A DNA stretch of 64,000 bases from Vermamoeba vermiformis (Eukaryota): assembly GCA_045837725.1 (NCBI GenBank), contig JBEWZL010000011.1, positions 124,001-188,000 of the forward strand, in the 5' to 3' direction. Both the position numbers and the translations under genes were made by a program. Under the pieces are notes generated by a model, which did no database searches, was not told where the DNA came from, and worked only from the letters and a program-made list of their open reading frames with translations. Shown here piece after piece: positions 13,680 to 27,435 of this stretch; the stretch's first letter is position 1, and each line of letters starts with the position of its first letter.

Positions 13680-16202
13680 ATGTCGTCTCAAAATCCGTCG
13701 CCGGGTTTCTTAGCCTTGGTTAGCATATCAGGTGGCTTGTTCTTCGGTTATAACCTCGGTATGATTGCGTAAACAAAAATACCAAAGATTTTGATCTCGA
13801 TCTCGTCCGCTGAAACGAACATTTAGAGGCGAAAATTATTAATTGATTAGCTGCATTCAATATACTAATGCCCTTACTATGTAGGAATTATTGCCTATGC
13901 TTTAAGCATTATGGTTCAAATTTTTACTTTGGACGACTTCCAGGCACGTTAGATTCGCTACTTTTGCCACTTAAAATACTAAAATAATATTACAATAGCA
14001 AGGAATTTTGACTAGCGCCTTTTTGTTGGGCACTATGATCGGATCACTTTCAGGCGGTGCGATCGCGGACGCTCTTGGTCGAAAACGGGTATGTACTTCA
14101 AAAATAATCCTTTTTAGCTAAAATACACGTATTTTTTAATTATTTACCAATTATGAAGTCAATTCGCATTTTTTGAATTGACATTTCAAAACTTTATTCC
14201 TAATTTCGTATTGCAAATGGACCTTATTAACGATTTCATATACAGTTAATGCTTATTTGGACTATCGTATCTATTGGTACAAACACCGCATTGGCTTTCT
14301 CGCCTAATTACGTTTTATTATGCCTTTTGAGAGTCGTTCTCGGAGCAGGTAAGAAACAGTCCTATTTACTAGTAGTAGTAGTAGTATTTCAATATCTTTA
14401 CTATATATATTATCAATATACTCTTAATTAACCATATTTTAATAGCCGTCGGTTGGGCTAGCGTCGTATGCCCGATGTATGTGTCTGAATCCGCTCCCGT
14501 CGAAAAGCGAGGATTTTTGGGCAGCTTCTTCCAGGTAACATTATTATACAGATAATGTTTTTTTAGTAATAACCCTTATGCTATTTTTAGCTCGCTATTA
14601 CATTTGGCATTTTGATTTCTTACGTTTTTGGATATTTCATGGTAACCGAAGTCAACGCCGTAAGTACTCTAATTAAATGATTTTTATGACCGCATATAGT
14701 ATATTTAATATGAGACTGTAGGGCCTTAGCTGGAGATTGATGTTTGGAATGGGAGGAATTCCGGGCTTGTTCGGATTTCTCGTCGCAATGTCCATGCGCG
14801 AATCGCAATCGTGGATCCGCATGAAAGAAAAGAAGGACCGACAACCTTTGTTGACTGACCCTTCGTTCTCTGGCGAAGAAGGCCTTAACCTTCAACACAC
14901 TGCTTCGGGCAAGACTGGCATTGCTGGTTTGTGCTCTCGCGAGTCTTTGCCGACATTGTTCATCACCACCTGCCTGTCGATCACTTTGCAAATGACAGGT
15001 AAGATTGAGAGTCAATTAGCACGTGTCAAGTAGTTAGGGCTGTCAGGCCTAGTATAGTTTCATGAAAATTATCCGTGGGAGTCTCAATGTGACACGTGTC
15101 AAGTTGTCGAAAGTCTCGTGCTTACGACAGTTTGTTATTTTCACTTCATGACCCGTGTCAAATAGCCCACGTGGTTTCAGTCGTATAGACCTCATTTTGA
15201 CATGTTATGCTTGACAGGTATCAACGCCATCATTCTCTACGCCCCGTCAATTTTGCAAGCTTCGGGAATTAAACAAGATCCGTTGATCCTCACCATCGTA
15301 AGCACTTTCCAAATTTGGGAAATTAGTACAGTAACTCACTTTACTTGTCTAAAAATAGATCGTTGGTGGCTGGAACTTCTTCATCACACTCGTGGCTGTG
15401 CTGTCCAACTTGGTTGACAGACTCGGTCGTCGTCCTATTTGGGTAAGCATTATCAACCTATCTGTATAGTATTCTCGAGTACTAATCGTTGTAATCTTTG
15501 CAGTTGTTCACTGTCTCCGTGTTGACCGTGTCACTTCTTGTCGTTGGATTTGCTCAAACGAACATCATTGCAAACGAGGAAGTCAAGTAAGTTATTAATA
15601 ACGAGCACAACACCTCTGTTCTATTTCAGTTTGACACGTGTCATACGCTCCAAATTACAGTGCACACCAGTCACTTCTTTGACACGTGTCAAACTTTAGT
15701 TTCTTGATACAAACTTCAGTTGACACGTGTCATTTGCACTATCACAGCGGACCCTTATTAATACGCACACTATTCTAGGGGCTACTTGTCACTCGTCGCC
15801 ATTTCTGTCTTCATTGCGGCCTTTGCTGCTGGTCCCGGCATTTTGTTCTGGATCATCATCAACGAAATTTTCCCTGCGTAAGTCTTCGTCAAAATATGAC
15901 TGAAGTATTTCTTACGACATTTTATTAACTTTATTTTATGTTTCAGTGAAACACGTGACTACGGCAGCTCTTACGCTAACGTCTTGCAATGGACTTTCAC
16001 GTTGTTGATTGGCTTGCTCTTCCCTAGTACGTCAAAACCATTCATTATCATATAGCCCTTATTAATCGCATTTTGTTTTATTATAGCTGTTGTTAAGGCT
16101 GTTGGTCAAGCTGGAGTGTTTTTCGGATTTGGCGGCGTTGGTGTCATTATGTTGATCATCTTCTTTATTATGTTGCCTGAGACTAAGGCCAAAGTCGAAT
16201 AA
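13680..16202 (+). CDS. MFS sugar porter family transporter
   Basis: GGLFFGYNLG, ADALGRKR, PMYVSESAPVEKRGFLGS, QMTGINAIILYAPSIL, VDRLGRRP, EIFP and LPETK motifs across many exons. Confidence 0.9.
15632..15732. repeat. Cluster of three TGACACGTGTCA palindromes in an intron
   Basis: Exact copies at 15632, 15680 and 15721; others at 5469, 6425, 15090, 18632 and 55953. Confidence 0.85.
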
Positions 16203-16460
16203 TTATGTTATATATACTAGTATACTTATACCCTTATAATTAAACGTTTTAATTTTCGTTTAAGTATTTTTGTACTAAGAATTTGAGATCTGTTTTCCCG
16301 TTTCAAAAAATATCATTTAAAGCATTAATATGTATAGTATATTCTTGAATGCTGTTAGTTTTTTCAGGTAATAACCTCGTGGTACAGTACCCGGCCTTCC
16401 TTTGAAGAGCGTAATTGGTCACAGCACGTGGTACGTTCATTGAAGCACATCAAACGAAAA

Positions 16461-16929
16461 ATGTACCGCAATGTTGTCGTATAGTCGTTTAGTATCATAA
16501 CATTATTAATCGAGATACAATAATAGGGATGGTAAGGCGGTCTAAATAATGTTTTTAGTTAGCGGTTGATTGATATTGGATGCAAGGTTAGGCAACAAAC
16601 TCGAAGGAAATGCAGGAAAGTCACTACTAACTGCTGTATTGAAAAAACCCGGCTCTAATGTCAAGAAATTATTCCTCTCGTACGACTCTGATGGAAACCA
16701 ATCGTTGGATTTGGAAGAGTTCAGAAAATTCTACGCAGATCTCGAAAAAATATTGGATAAACAAGGCTGGAAGGACGAAGATAATATAAAGAGTACTGAC
16801 GTCGCTGGAGACGTCTTTATGCAAGTAGATCAGGACGGCAGCGGTACTATTACTTATGACGAGTTCAAAGCCTTTATTACGACTATGTCTATGGCTTATA
16901 GTATGGCCTCGATGATGAATGATTGGTAA
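16461..16929 (+). CDS. Small EF-hand Ca2+-binding protein, tandem copy 1
   Basis: EF loops DSDGNQSLDLEE and DQDGSGTITYDE. The 5' exon structure (with a possible 5-nt microexon) is tentative. Confidence 0.8.
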
Positions 16930-17199
16930 TTAGCCATATTTACTGCATTCGAGAGCGTTGAAAAAAATTTGCAATTCCAGATCTGCATTCTTGGTTAGCT
17001 TCATAGCTTGTACTTTGCTTAATGCGATAATATAATTTGTATTTTTAGTATATTTGATGGTTTTTTCTTGAATTGGAATTGCAGTTTTTCGATTTTTATT
17101 AACCGTTGCACGTGCTTTCGATTAAAGCTCAGTTTTTTGCTTTTCCACGCATTAATTTTTACGATCGAACGGTAGCACCATATAATAGATACTATCATA

Positions 17200-17600
17200 A
17201 TGGTAAGACCGACTTTTCAATCGGATTTTTTGTTGATTTAATATTGAATTTTTTTTTCTTACAGAGTGATAAAGCAGCAGAAGGATTTAAAGCGTTTTTG
17301 ACTGCCGTATTGCGTAATCCTGGTGCAAATGTAAAGCAGCTATTTTTATCGTACGATTCTGATGGAAATCAATCTTTGGATTTGGATGAGTTTAAAAAAT
17401 TTTACGCTGACCTTGAAAAAATCCTTGAATCACAAGGATCGCAAGATGAAGATGGTGCTGATGGTGCTGAAGTGGTAACAGAAGTATTTAAGCAAATTGA
17501 CGAGGATCAAAATGGCGTGATCAGCTTTGACGAGTTTAAAACTTTTATGGAGTCAATGTCTATGGCTTATAGTATGGCTGAATCAATGAAAGGCTGGTAA
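17200..17600 (+). CDS. Small EF-hand Ca2+-binding protein, tandem copy 2
   Basis: ATG followed directly by a gtaaga...ttacag intron. EF loops DSDGNQSLDLDE and DEDQNGVISFDE; C-terminus MSMAYSMA..M..W shared with copy 1. Confidence 0.85.
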
Positions 17601-17910
17601 ATACTACGAATACAACATATATAATCAATTCAGCCTTATTCTTGTATTTTTGCTCGATCGAATCTAAAAATATCTCGATCCACCTCCTGTGTATTGCTAT
17701 CAAATTAAAAAAAAATAATACTACTACCAAGTATGACCCATGCACCTGTAAATTTGCAACAGCACGTGGAAAGTATCACAAGCACATGGAATTTTCGAGC
17801 TTCGGCCGTACTAAAAAAATATTCTGACGGCCTCTAGAAACATCTATTGTTGCAAATCAATAGAGCAACAGTCTAGTATATATTAAGTATACATATTGTT
17901 ATAATTTGAC

Positions 17911-20082
17911 ATGGAACAGAACTTCACATATCAAGCATCCGTTGTCTCAACGTTTAATGTCAAGATCGGCGGAGATCATTACACCGTAAGGATTTAATAC
18001 TTAATTATGATATATTTAATGATATTACATATTATTTTATTCATTATATAATTATCTAATTTATTTTTTTGCGTGGATGTCAAGACGTATAAAATTCGAG
18101 TGGTCCCTTATGACAGTCAAGACAATTGCGACTTAATTTATGTAAATAAGAGATACAATGACTTCGGAGAGCTATATGACGACGTAAGTGTTCTATTTCT
18201 GCTGCAGATCCTGACAATAAATTTCCAATTAATTTTCTAAAAAAGATTCTTCGCCTTAATTTAACTTAATTTATTCAAAATAGCTCAGAAAAGCACATAA
18301 AAATATTCGAGAGTTTGAGTTTCCGGAGAAGAAAGCTATTGGCAAGCTAGATGCGGTAAGTTTAAATTAAACCTGTTATTTTGCTCACTATATCGATTCG
18401 TATAATATTAATAGGCCGTAGTGCAAAAGAGAGTCGATAAATTCAACGAATTTTTGACAGAAATAACGAAATACGATACAATTAGCAAAGATCCACGAGT
18501 TTTGTCATTTTTAAATATTTCGCAGAAAGATAAGCCTTATTTGCGAGTATCAGGTAAGCATTAGTATCAACATAATTCGTTTACTATCTCCTATATTAAA
18601 TTCTGCTTCAAATTCGATCTGATCCAAAGTTTGACACGTGTCAAGCCGTAAATTAATTAGATATTTTGTATTACAGTTTTGGAGAGCCATAATCTCAATG
18701 ATTACACGCGAGGTAAGTAATGCTACTATTCTTTCATGAACAGCGTGTCCTAATTAGGCAATCCCTTGCACAGATTCAATTATTTATCCGTTCTTCGAGA
18801 TCTATTGTTGCAAAGACGTTGTGGGTCGTCAGAAAATAGGAAAATCTGATTATACTGCTTCAGCAAAAGAGAGTGATGCGATCTATAAGAATGATGAGTT
18901 CACTATGTAAGTCCTATCTCCTAACCTTGAAATTTTTTAAACCGAGATCCGGATCCAAAACAACTAAAATATTTTTATCTTCAGCCCGCTAGTCGATACT
19001 GAAGTACAAGGCATTAGAATTAATTTATGGGACAAAAAATCATCGTCTAAGAAGGTACTTAAAAGAATCTATTGATATTTTACGCATGCGCTAATGATAT
19101 TTTTTTTTTTTGCCGTATTTAGGCATTCGTGAATATTCCGCTGAATTCAATTCCATTCAATACTAAAGTCGAGCACTGGTTCATATTTAACGAAATCGAT
19201 AAGCAAGTCAATGCTGCTGGTCTGTTGAAGTTGCGACTGTTTTATCACGTAAGTTATTTTTAACTCCCAAAGAACAACTGCAAAGTATTCGAAACAAATT
19301 TCCTTATTTGTACAAACAACGATCAAAATTTTATCAAATTTATTCAACGGGACGGCAGGGAAGCAAAACTTATTGTGACAGGTGTCAGATCCCGATCCAT
19401 TCAAAGATCAATACTGGCCTAATATGATTATTGCCTAAAATGACATATTTCCTTATATAGAATCCTACTGGCCTCGGACCATTCTTGCAAGAATTAATGC
19501 CGACTGACGAAGTTACAATTGCCGCCAAAAAACGACCTCCAGTGGAACACAATTCAAAGCCCAAAACTGGCGAGTTGAGATTAGGGTACGCCATAACATA
19601 GTCCATTTCCTTATTTGGTATAGTATACTGATGGACATTTGCAGATTCAAATATATTCCGCCGAAAGGTCCGTGGAGCGGCAGCATTACAATTCACGTCA
19701 AAGAAGCCAAAGATTTGCAAGCCACTGGCCACTGCGACCCATGGTATGTCTTTTCCTTATTTGGTAATCTGCAAAGGATACTAAAAATAGTTTATTTTTT
19801 AGCGTGGCGTTGTCGTACTTGAGAAGTCGCAAATGTACGGAGACCAAAAAATCAACGCAGAACCCAACCTTCGATCAGAAATTTCAATATCCGCTCAATT
19901 TTGCTCAAGTAGCGCAATTTGACTTTGGAAGTCTTGAAATAAGCGTTTATAATATGGCTGGTGGAGGCGACAGAAAACTGATCGGATCTGCGACGGTAAA
20001 ATTCGAAGATTTCTTGCCGCTAATTGAACGACCTGGCGAAGAATACGATGTTGAAGGCACAGTAATATTACATAAGGATTAA
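17911..20082 (+). CDS. PX domain + C2 domain(s) protein
   Basis: YVNKRYNDFGELY...FPEKKAIGK...VQKRVDKFNEFL (PX). Two C2-like regions: LRVSVLESHNL... and ITIHVKEAKDL...DP...TETKKSTQNPTFDQKF. Confidence 0.75.
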
Positions 20083-20403
20083 ATACGGAATCAGACCTCA
20101 GATCCAATTTTCAACGAACGAAACGAAAGAAACAAAGGCTTTAGCTTGTATATTAATTAGAAGATAGCCTATTAAAAACTGTACCTTTTGTAATTTCGAG
20201 TTTTCATATTTTATTACGGTTATGTAGGTATTTAAGTCTTTGGTACTGCCAGTTTCAGTCACATCCGGTTATTTGAAATTTTGTAAAAGAAAAACAGAGC
20301 GTTCAAAAAAAAATTCTATCATTGTATCAATATTATCCACTAGACTACACCTATCGGCTAGAAAGGCGCTTAAAGATCTAAACTTGAAAGTAATACGTAC
20401 GCG

Positions 20404-20667
20404 ATGGGGTTCGTCTCGTATTACATCGATGGCAAAAAGGTCAGCGCCGATGAATACAACGCCTTTAAAGAAGAAATTGAAATAGATCCAGTCAGCGTCC
20501 TCTGCGTTACTAGCATAGGCGGTGGCACCAATACGAAGCAAGGAGTTCACAAAACCAACGGTAAAAATTATAAAATTACGTCCGAGACTTCATTTGGCAT
20601 GCTTCATCAAAATAGAATAGAAAGCGAAGAATATTTGAGCTCGAAAGGCAGATGCGCAATAATGTAA
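20404..20667 (+). CDS. Small intronless hypothetical protein, paralog 1 (87 aa)
   Basis: YYIDGKKVSADEYNAF...C...GGG; similar to 20953-21183. Confidence 0.6.
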   Translation: MGFVSYYIDGKKVSADEYNAFKEEIEIDPVSVLCVTSIGGGTNTKQGVHKTNGKNYKITSETSFGMLHQNRIESEEYLSSKGRCAIM

Positions 20668-20952
20668 AAATGAAAATTTCATCTGTACATCAAAATTGTA
20701 ATAAATATCCTTTATTTGATCACGAAAGTGTATTTAAATTATTCGCAAAATTAATTTTGGCCAGGAAAAGTCTTTGTCGTGCAATTGAATCAGAATTAAT
20801 AACAAGCAAAATTTTAAAGCGCCTATGTAACTCGACGAACCAAGAATCGCATCACACATATAGGATCGTTGACATTTTCATGAATTTTTCTTGAATTGCC
20901 GCCTGGGTTATTGAACGACAGCAAATTTTTGTTTCATTCAATTCAACACGCA

Positions 20953-21183
20953 ATGTCAGACAACACAGAGTACTACCTCGAAGACAATAAAGTCACTAAA
21001 GAAGAATATGAAGCTTTTCACGCTCAATTAGGCCAAAGCCAGTTTTACAGCTGTGCTAAAATGGTCGGCGGAGGAAGATCTACGAGTAAAGCGACTCACC
21101 TCACCAATAACAAGACGTATTTTATTATAAACACTATGCAGAAGGATCACCATAAAAATCAAATTAAATTGGCAAAGGAATAA
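20953..21183 (+). CDS. Small intronless hypothetical protein, paralog 2 (76 aa)
   Basis: YYLEDNKVTKEEYEAF...CAKMVGGG...H.TN.K.Y.I...H.N.I aligns with 20404-20667. Confidence 0.6.
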   Translation: MSDNTEYYLEDNKVTKEEYEAFHAQLGQSQFYSCAKMVGGGRSTSKATHLTNNKTYFIINTMQKDHHKNQIKLAKE

Positions 21184-21329
21184 TCGAGAATTCTAGATTC
21201 GTAGGCAAGATCTTTCTTCAACTAAAATATTACAATATTGCAATAATTGTAGAAAAATATGTTTAATATTTGTATGAATAAAACACTATGTTTCCTATTT
21301 ATTTGATATTTCTTAATTATTTGCGAAAT

Positions 21330-23996
21330 TTAAAAATTCGCAGAGTGCTTAATCACGTTCAAATAAAACTCAATAGCTTGATAATATCCTTCAATAGAAA
21401 TGCGCTCATTGAATCCGTGAATTCTAGTCGTGTCGAGCTGCGTCATCACCATTGGCGAGAATCGGAAAATGTTCTTGGACAAGTCCCAAAAGTGCGCTGT
21501 GTCAGTGTTGCCCATCATGAGGCCAGGGACCACTGGCAATTCACCAAAAGTTCTGCGAATAGATCTACAAATATAAGATTATTAAAATTACCTCAAACAA
21601 ACGAAAAAAAAAAACTAAAAAATTTTGTTGTCAGATCCGGCTAGTTGTGACAACTTTTTCTTTGGACAGTAGTACTATATACTTATATAGCACCTTCGCA
21701 TCGACAATAGGTGTTGCGCGATACTCACTTAGCCATATAAGTATACGCAGGTGTTCCAACAGGTGTCTCGGGAGCTGCGGCAAGTGACTCGACAACCTTT
21801 GACAAAAACTCAGTAAGAACGCTACTCGACTATTTTCAGGCAATTCTTACTTCGATTTTAACTTGAGGATCATTAATAACTGCCTCGTGGTGCTTAATAA
21901 TGTCTAAATAAGGAAATTAGATCCGATCAGATTGTAAGCTTTTGTCTTGCGAATCAAATGTACCTTCAACAGTTTCAGTCGGGATGATTCTGTGATCGAT
22001 CGATGCGACTACCTTATTAGGCAACACATTGATCTTAGTGCCACCTTGAATCATGCTGATGGATGTGGTCGTGCGGATCAGAGCATTGGCCGCATGGGAC
22101 ACTACAATACGCATTAGAATCTCATAACATGTATAATATACCGCCAATATGTTATTGCTGCTTTTAGTATACTTACAAGACTCCATAATGTAGAGCAAAG
22201 GTCTCTCGAAGATCCACAAGTTGCTCGCGATGACTTTCAAAGGCAAAGAAGTCATTTCTGGAGCCAAATGCTCAAACATAGTACGAGCGGTGCTCTGATA
22301 ATAACGATTAGCAAAATAAAACTTGCCGGCAAAAGATCCGGATCTACTTACAGAGAGCTTAGCAGGCATTTGATTGTTCTCGAGCTTAGTAATAGCCTTA
22401 AAATGGTGTATTAGTACTACTTATATTAGAATTAAGAGTTTTTAATGCCGAACTTGAGCCATGACACCAATAGCGGTATGTTTAGGAGGCATACTTCCGT
22501 GACCTCCACCGGATCTGACACTACGAAGACAGACCAATAGTTAGTATGTTACTATAATAAGTGCCTATCTATAATCAGCCGTACGTTAAGTCGAGAGTTA
22601 CGCGTCCTTTCTCAGCGACGCCGATCATTGCAACCTTGCCCTTGACACCAGGTGCCAAGTCAATCAACACGGCCAAACCTTCATCGAGAATAAATTCAAA
22701 GGAAATTCCGCGCTCTTGGAACATGCGTGCAATCTAATAGCGGAATAATTAATATGTTTCTCTCTTCAGGTACGAGGCAACTGAAATTTCTTTGTAATTG
22801 ATTTTGGCTTGATTACTTCAAGTAGCGTTTAGCAAAAAATGATGTGGAGGCCTTCCCAGGCTAATTTTATCAAAATTATTTTTGGCTTCAAGCGTACTTG
22901 TTTAGCACCATCTTTGCCACCGATTTCCTCGTCGTGTCCGTAGGCCAAGTAAACAGTACGAGTGGGTTTGAACTTTCGCTTGATCAAGTGTTCAACGGCC
23001 TCCATAGCACCGAGAATAGCCAGCTAAAATAGTCGCAAAGACTGGTTAGGTTCCATAAGTTTTTTAGTACTAAATATCTAAAATTGTACCTTTTGATCCA
23101 TAGCTCCACGACCAATAATAAATCCGTCCTTAATCTCGCCTATATAAATATTAGATACTTTATACTCATTAAATCATCACTTTGATTTACCAGCAAACGG
23201 ATCAACGTCCCATTTTAGCGTTTCAGTCCCGTTTTCGACAGGAACTAAACAATACGATTAAAACATATATGCAATTGATGTATTTGCCATATGATGCGTT
23301 ATTGATCGTATTAGAATCACTTACCAACGTCTTGATGGCCCATCAACAAAATTGGCTTCAAGTTCGGCTGATGAAAATTCGAATTAAAATTTGATTATGA
23401 TCGTAGTAATTATATTAATATCATACGTTAGTGCCAATCCACTCGTATACCAATGAGAACTCGTTGACAACTGTTTTCTTGAGAGTTTTATGCAACAAAG
23501 GGAAGTTGTTCTCAAGGTACTTATGGAACAACGGGAATTTCTCGAACATCATCTTCTCCTTATTTTCATGGCTGATAGTTGAAAATGCAATGGAATGCGC
23601 AAATTTCTGCGTCAGTCAAAATGTCAGAATAAAAGATCCGGAATAAAAAATGTAGAAAAATATCTGGGTTCTTGATTATCGCTAATTAACTGCGTAACTA
23701 CAACAAAAAATATTTAAATGATATTTTGGTGCTCTGCAAAATTACTGCAATAATTATTCAAGTACGGAGCGTTATTATTCAATACTAGTTGCGTCATTAT
23801 CGCTAGTAATTGCTATTCTTACCTGCACAATATCTTCATTATGTTCGATTCTATCCTCCGCGGGCATAGGCTCGTATGGAGGTTGGCGTGACTTTACAGT
23901 CAAAGTGTTGTAAGCAATAATGCCCGTCAACAGAGCTATGAACATCAATATAGTAGACTTAGATATGAGCGCATTCGAGGTCTTTGGGGAGCCCAT
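21330..23996 (-). CDS. M20 family peptidase (Gly-Xaa carboxypeptidase / PM20D1-like) with N-terminal membrane anchor
   Basis: LMAHQDVVPV, GRGAMD, GHDEEIGG, DEG, GGHGSMPP, GGTKINVLP, GNTD and RIHGFNERI motifs. Confidence 0.9.
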
Positions 23997-24228
23997 CGTG
24001 TTGTGTTGCTGCTCGATCCGGTTTAGTACCAAAAGGGGACAAAATCTTTCCAGCGGGTTTCAAACAAATCAAAGGCTGGCAATGACTGTTCATTATCCTT
24101 TCGTAACGTTATATACGTAGCCTCGTGAATGTTTGCACGATCCAGATGCGATCTTCGTAACGAAAGTAGTTTATTTAAAGAAATAATCCATATTCCTAGT
24201 ATACGTAAATAGGTCTCTCTTAGATCTT

Positions 24229-25542
24229 TTACATCATCTTCTTTTTCTTCTTGTTAGCATTGGCAACGGCCTTTGAGGTCGATTTGTCACCGTAGAATAT
24301 GATCTGCAACAAAATAATGCCGTTCAAAGCAGCACCAATAACGTAGCCCATCAAGACTAATAATGACACGAATCAATATATATATATACACATTAGTTAT
24401 ATTTTTACGAAACGTACCAACGTTGTCGTTGAGCTCCTTCATGGTAGTGAAGACACGAGCCATCGATCCACCAAAGTTCAAGAAGAAAGTGATGAAAGAC
24501 AAAGCACCAGTGCTCTTGTTCTATATCATCATAATATATAAGTTCAAAATTTATAAATAGCAAATTAATCGGTTTAAATTACCTTGAAGTTAGAGAAGAT
24601 CTGAGGGATCTTGGAAGCAGAGAAAATGACAATAGAACCAGCCTATATATCAAAAAATTAGCTCAGCATATAGTATCCGATATCTATAATAATCATATGC
24701 GTATTATATCATTCAATACGACGATTATAGCACAGATAAGGTGCGGTAAGTAACGTACTTGAAGAGTCTCCAAAATGTTGTGAGGAACCAAGCCATTGAC
24801 AGCCGAGTACATGAATCCAACAGCAGCCAAGACGGCACCAAGAGCACCCATCTTTCCAACATTACCGTAGACAGAGAACAAGTAGATAATAATCAAATCT
24901 GATCGCGAAAGCGAAAATTAGCTCCAGAATATCGTTTTGTCCGTAGTTATCGTGCATAATATTAGCCTTGATTTACTTACTTTGAATCAAAATGATACCA
25001 CTTTCACCGTAAGTGCTGAAAGGGAATTGTTGAACGTAGCCGTACGAAAAGTTGATGCAGTAACTATTGACATTGTCATTACAAGTCGTATACAAAATTA
25101 ATTCGATGAAAATTTTAGCCTTACCCGAGAAGCTCCAACAAGAACATAGTGAGCGACAAACCAGCAACAGATTTCTTGTTAAGAATGGCAAGAACTTGGG
25201 GCACTTTGACAAAAACGGCACCCAATAATACGAGCCATCCGAGTGCCTTGCTGAGTACGTAGGTCAAGCAAGGAACATCTATTTGAATTAATATAATTAA
25301 TTAGCAAAAATATCATCCACGTCACAAAATTTTCCATTTAATTATAGCGACCACAGTAAGCGTTTATTCATCGTGCGATGGATTATTATACGTACCAAAA
25401 AAATTATGATCGATAAAGAAAGTCTTTGCGCATTGAGGAGAGACCAATCCCGCTCGCTGCACTAAAAGTATCGAAGATCAGCGCTAGATCGAGCGTATTA
25501 CGATAATTCTTGTTTCTTACACAATGAAATGATTTGATCCAT
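24229..25542 (-). CDS. MPDU1: Mannose-P-dolichol utilization defect 1 (PQ-loop) protein
   Basis: LSKALGW...[28 protein letters not shown], and [20 protein letters not shown]. Confidence 0.85.
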
Positions 25543-25696
25543 GGTTGTAATACTGAAAATCTAATAACTAAAGCTAAGGATGCCACAAAACGATTGTTTT
25601 CGGTCAAACTTCGTCAAATCCGTTTCGCGCTCTTTATTTTTACCGTTTTTTTCAGCATTTTGAATATTATTTTGACTTCTGTAACAACACGTAACG

Positions 25697-27283
25697 ATGA
25701 ATCTTAACAACGTCGACGAGAACAATCAACACGAAGTAGATCTGGCGTTCAAAACGCTCGAATTCATCGAGAAGCTTGGGGACAATGAGATCCCTGCTGA
25801 AGTTTTGCCCAAGATGCGGGATGTGATTGCCAATATCTCTGATTTCCAATTCAGATTCGCAGGTACTTATTTTAGTCTCGTGGACGATGAATTGAATTGA
25901 AATTAATTTATTTTCAAAGCCCCGATGGATTTACCAATGGGATTCGGTCGTCCTCAAGACATGTCACGCTTCTTGCCCACTCCCAAGCCTATTAATGTCT
26001 TGTTGAAATACAAGTTCGCATATCCCGTCGATGACAACAGAAATACTATGCGTCAAGGTGAGTTTCAGATGGCTCGATCAAATCTAGCGAAGAAATTTTC
26101 TTTTGCCAAGAGACACTCGCTAATAAATTATAACAGATGATGGTGTCATTGTTGACGGCAAGATCTACTGCTTCGCTGGCAAAGACACTTGGAAGTCGCT
26201 CGTAGATTCAGGCAAGCTTACTGGCGACGACGCCAAGAGCCCTAACGTCAAGTCTGCTGACTGGATGAAGGATCTCTTTGCTATATTCAAGCACGTTAAT
26301 GCCGAGCACAAGCACTTGGCACGCCGTCTCGCAGCTTGGTAAGACTTGGTGACCAGTACTTTTTACCGATCAGATTCGAAATTCGTTCAACTTCTTTTAT
26401 AAGCTCCTTCGTTCTTACTAATATTATAATGCATAGCTGGTACCATATTGCTACTCAAATCGACTACGAGGCCTCTCCTGAAGACGAGGAAGAAGAGGCT
26501 GAAACCGCCGCTACGATGCAAGAAGCAGGCTTGTCTTTCTTGTCCTTGATGTCTGGTCCTCAAGGCATGATGATGATGGACGATGACGACGAAGACGCCG
26601 ACGATGACTTCAACCCTGATGAAGAAGAGGAAGAAGACGACGGCGAGTCGGATGAAGAAGATGCGGAAATTGACGATGCTGAAGATGAAGGAGAAAACGT
26701 TGCTGAGGGCGAAGAAAAAGAAAAGGAAGAGAAGAGCAACCGCGAAGAGAAGGAAAAAGAAGAGAAATCAAACAACGAAGAGGAAGACGATGAAGCTGAA
26801 GGTGACGAAGAAGAGGGTGAATTCGACGAGGAAGATGAAGACGTCGAGTTCAGCGAGCGCGAAATTTCACCTGAGGAACAAGCTTATCGCAAGGCCATTC
26901 TCGACGCAGTCGAGTCTCTCAACGGTAAGTAACGTTCGAGTAATTAGTCTCGGATCTTTACTTGCTCGTGCAATACTAATGTTTGGTTATTATAATAGCT
27001 TACATGCCTAGCCCTAGCGAGGATATGGCTTGGTTCAAGCGTGCTCTCAAGGCTATGTCTATGGCTCCGATGATGGGTCTCACTGACTGGTACCCATTTG
27101 GCATCCCTCCTTTGGTAAGTGCAGCGCGAGATTACAATTGGCTTTGTTTTATTTCGATAGTAGGTGTCGGGTACTAATAGCTTTGTAATACAGGAGCCTT
27201 TGAAGCGATGTGCTGAGAGCGCTGACGAACAAGAAAAGCAGTACGCCAGCACGATTTTGAAGATCTACGAACGATTGGCTTAA
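25697..27283 (+). CDS. Hypothetical protein with a long Asp/Glu-rich insert
   Basis: Spliceable exons with coding-like codon bias; acidic tract at about 26580-26850. No family recognised. Confidence 0.65.
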
Positions 27284-27435
27284 AAGAGTCTACTCGTACG
27301 TCTCTTATTAATTTTGTGATATAGCTGTATTATTTGTGAAGTATTGTAATAATAACAGTACTGAACTGCGATAGATAAAAAGTATTATCTGAAAACGGAG
27401 GTCTTGTTTTATTCTGTTCAGATCTCGTTGAGTCT

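Noticed and set aside
26560-27011. Ser-rich (-) and Lys-rich (+) ORFs
   Set aside because: Shadow frames of the GAA/GAC-rich acidic coding tract.
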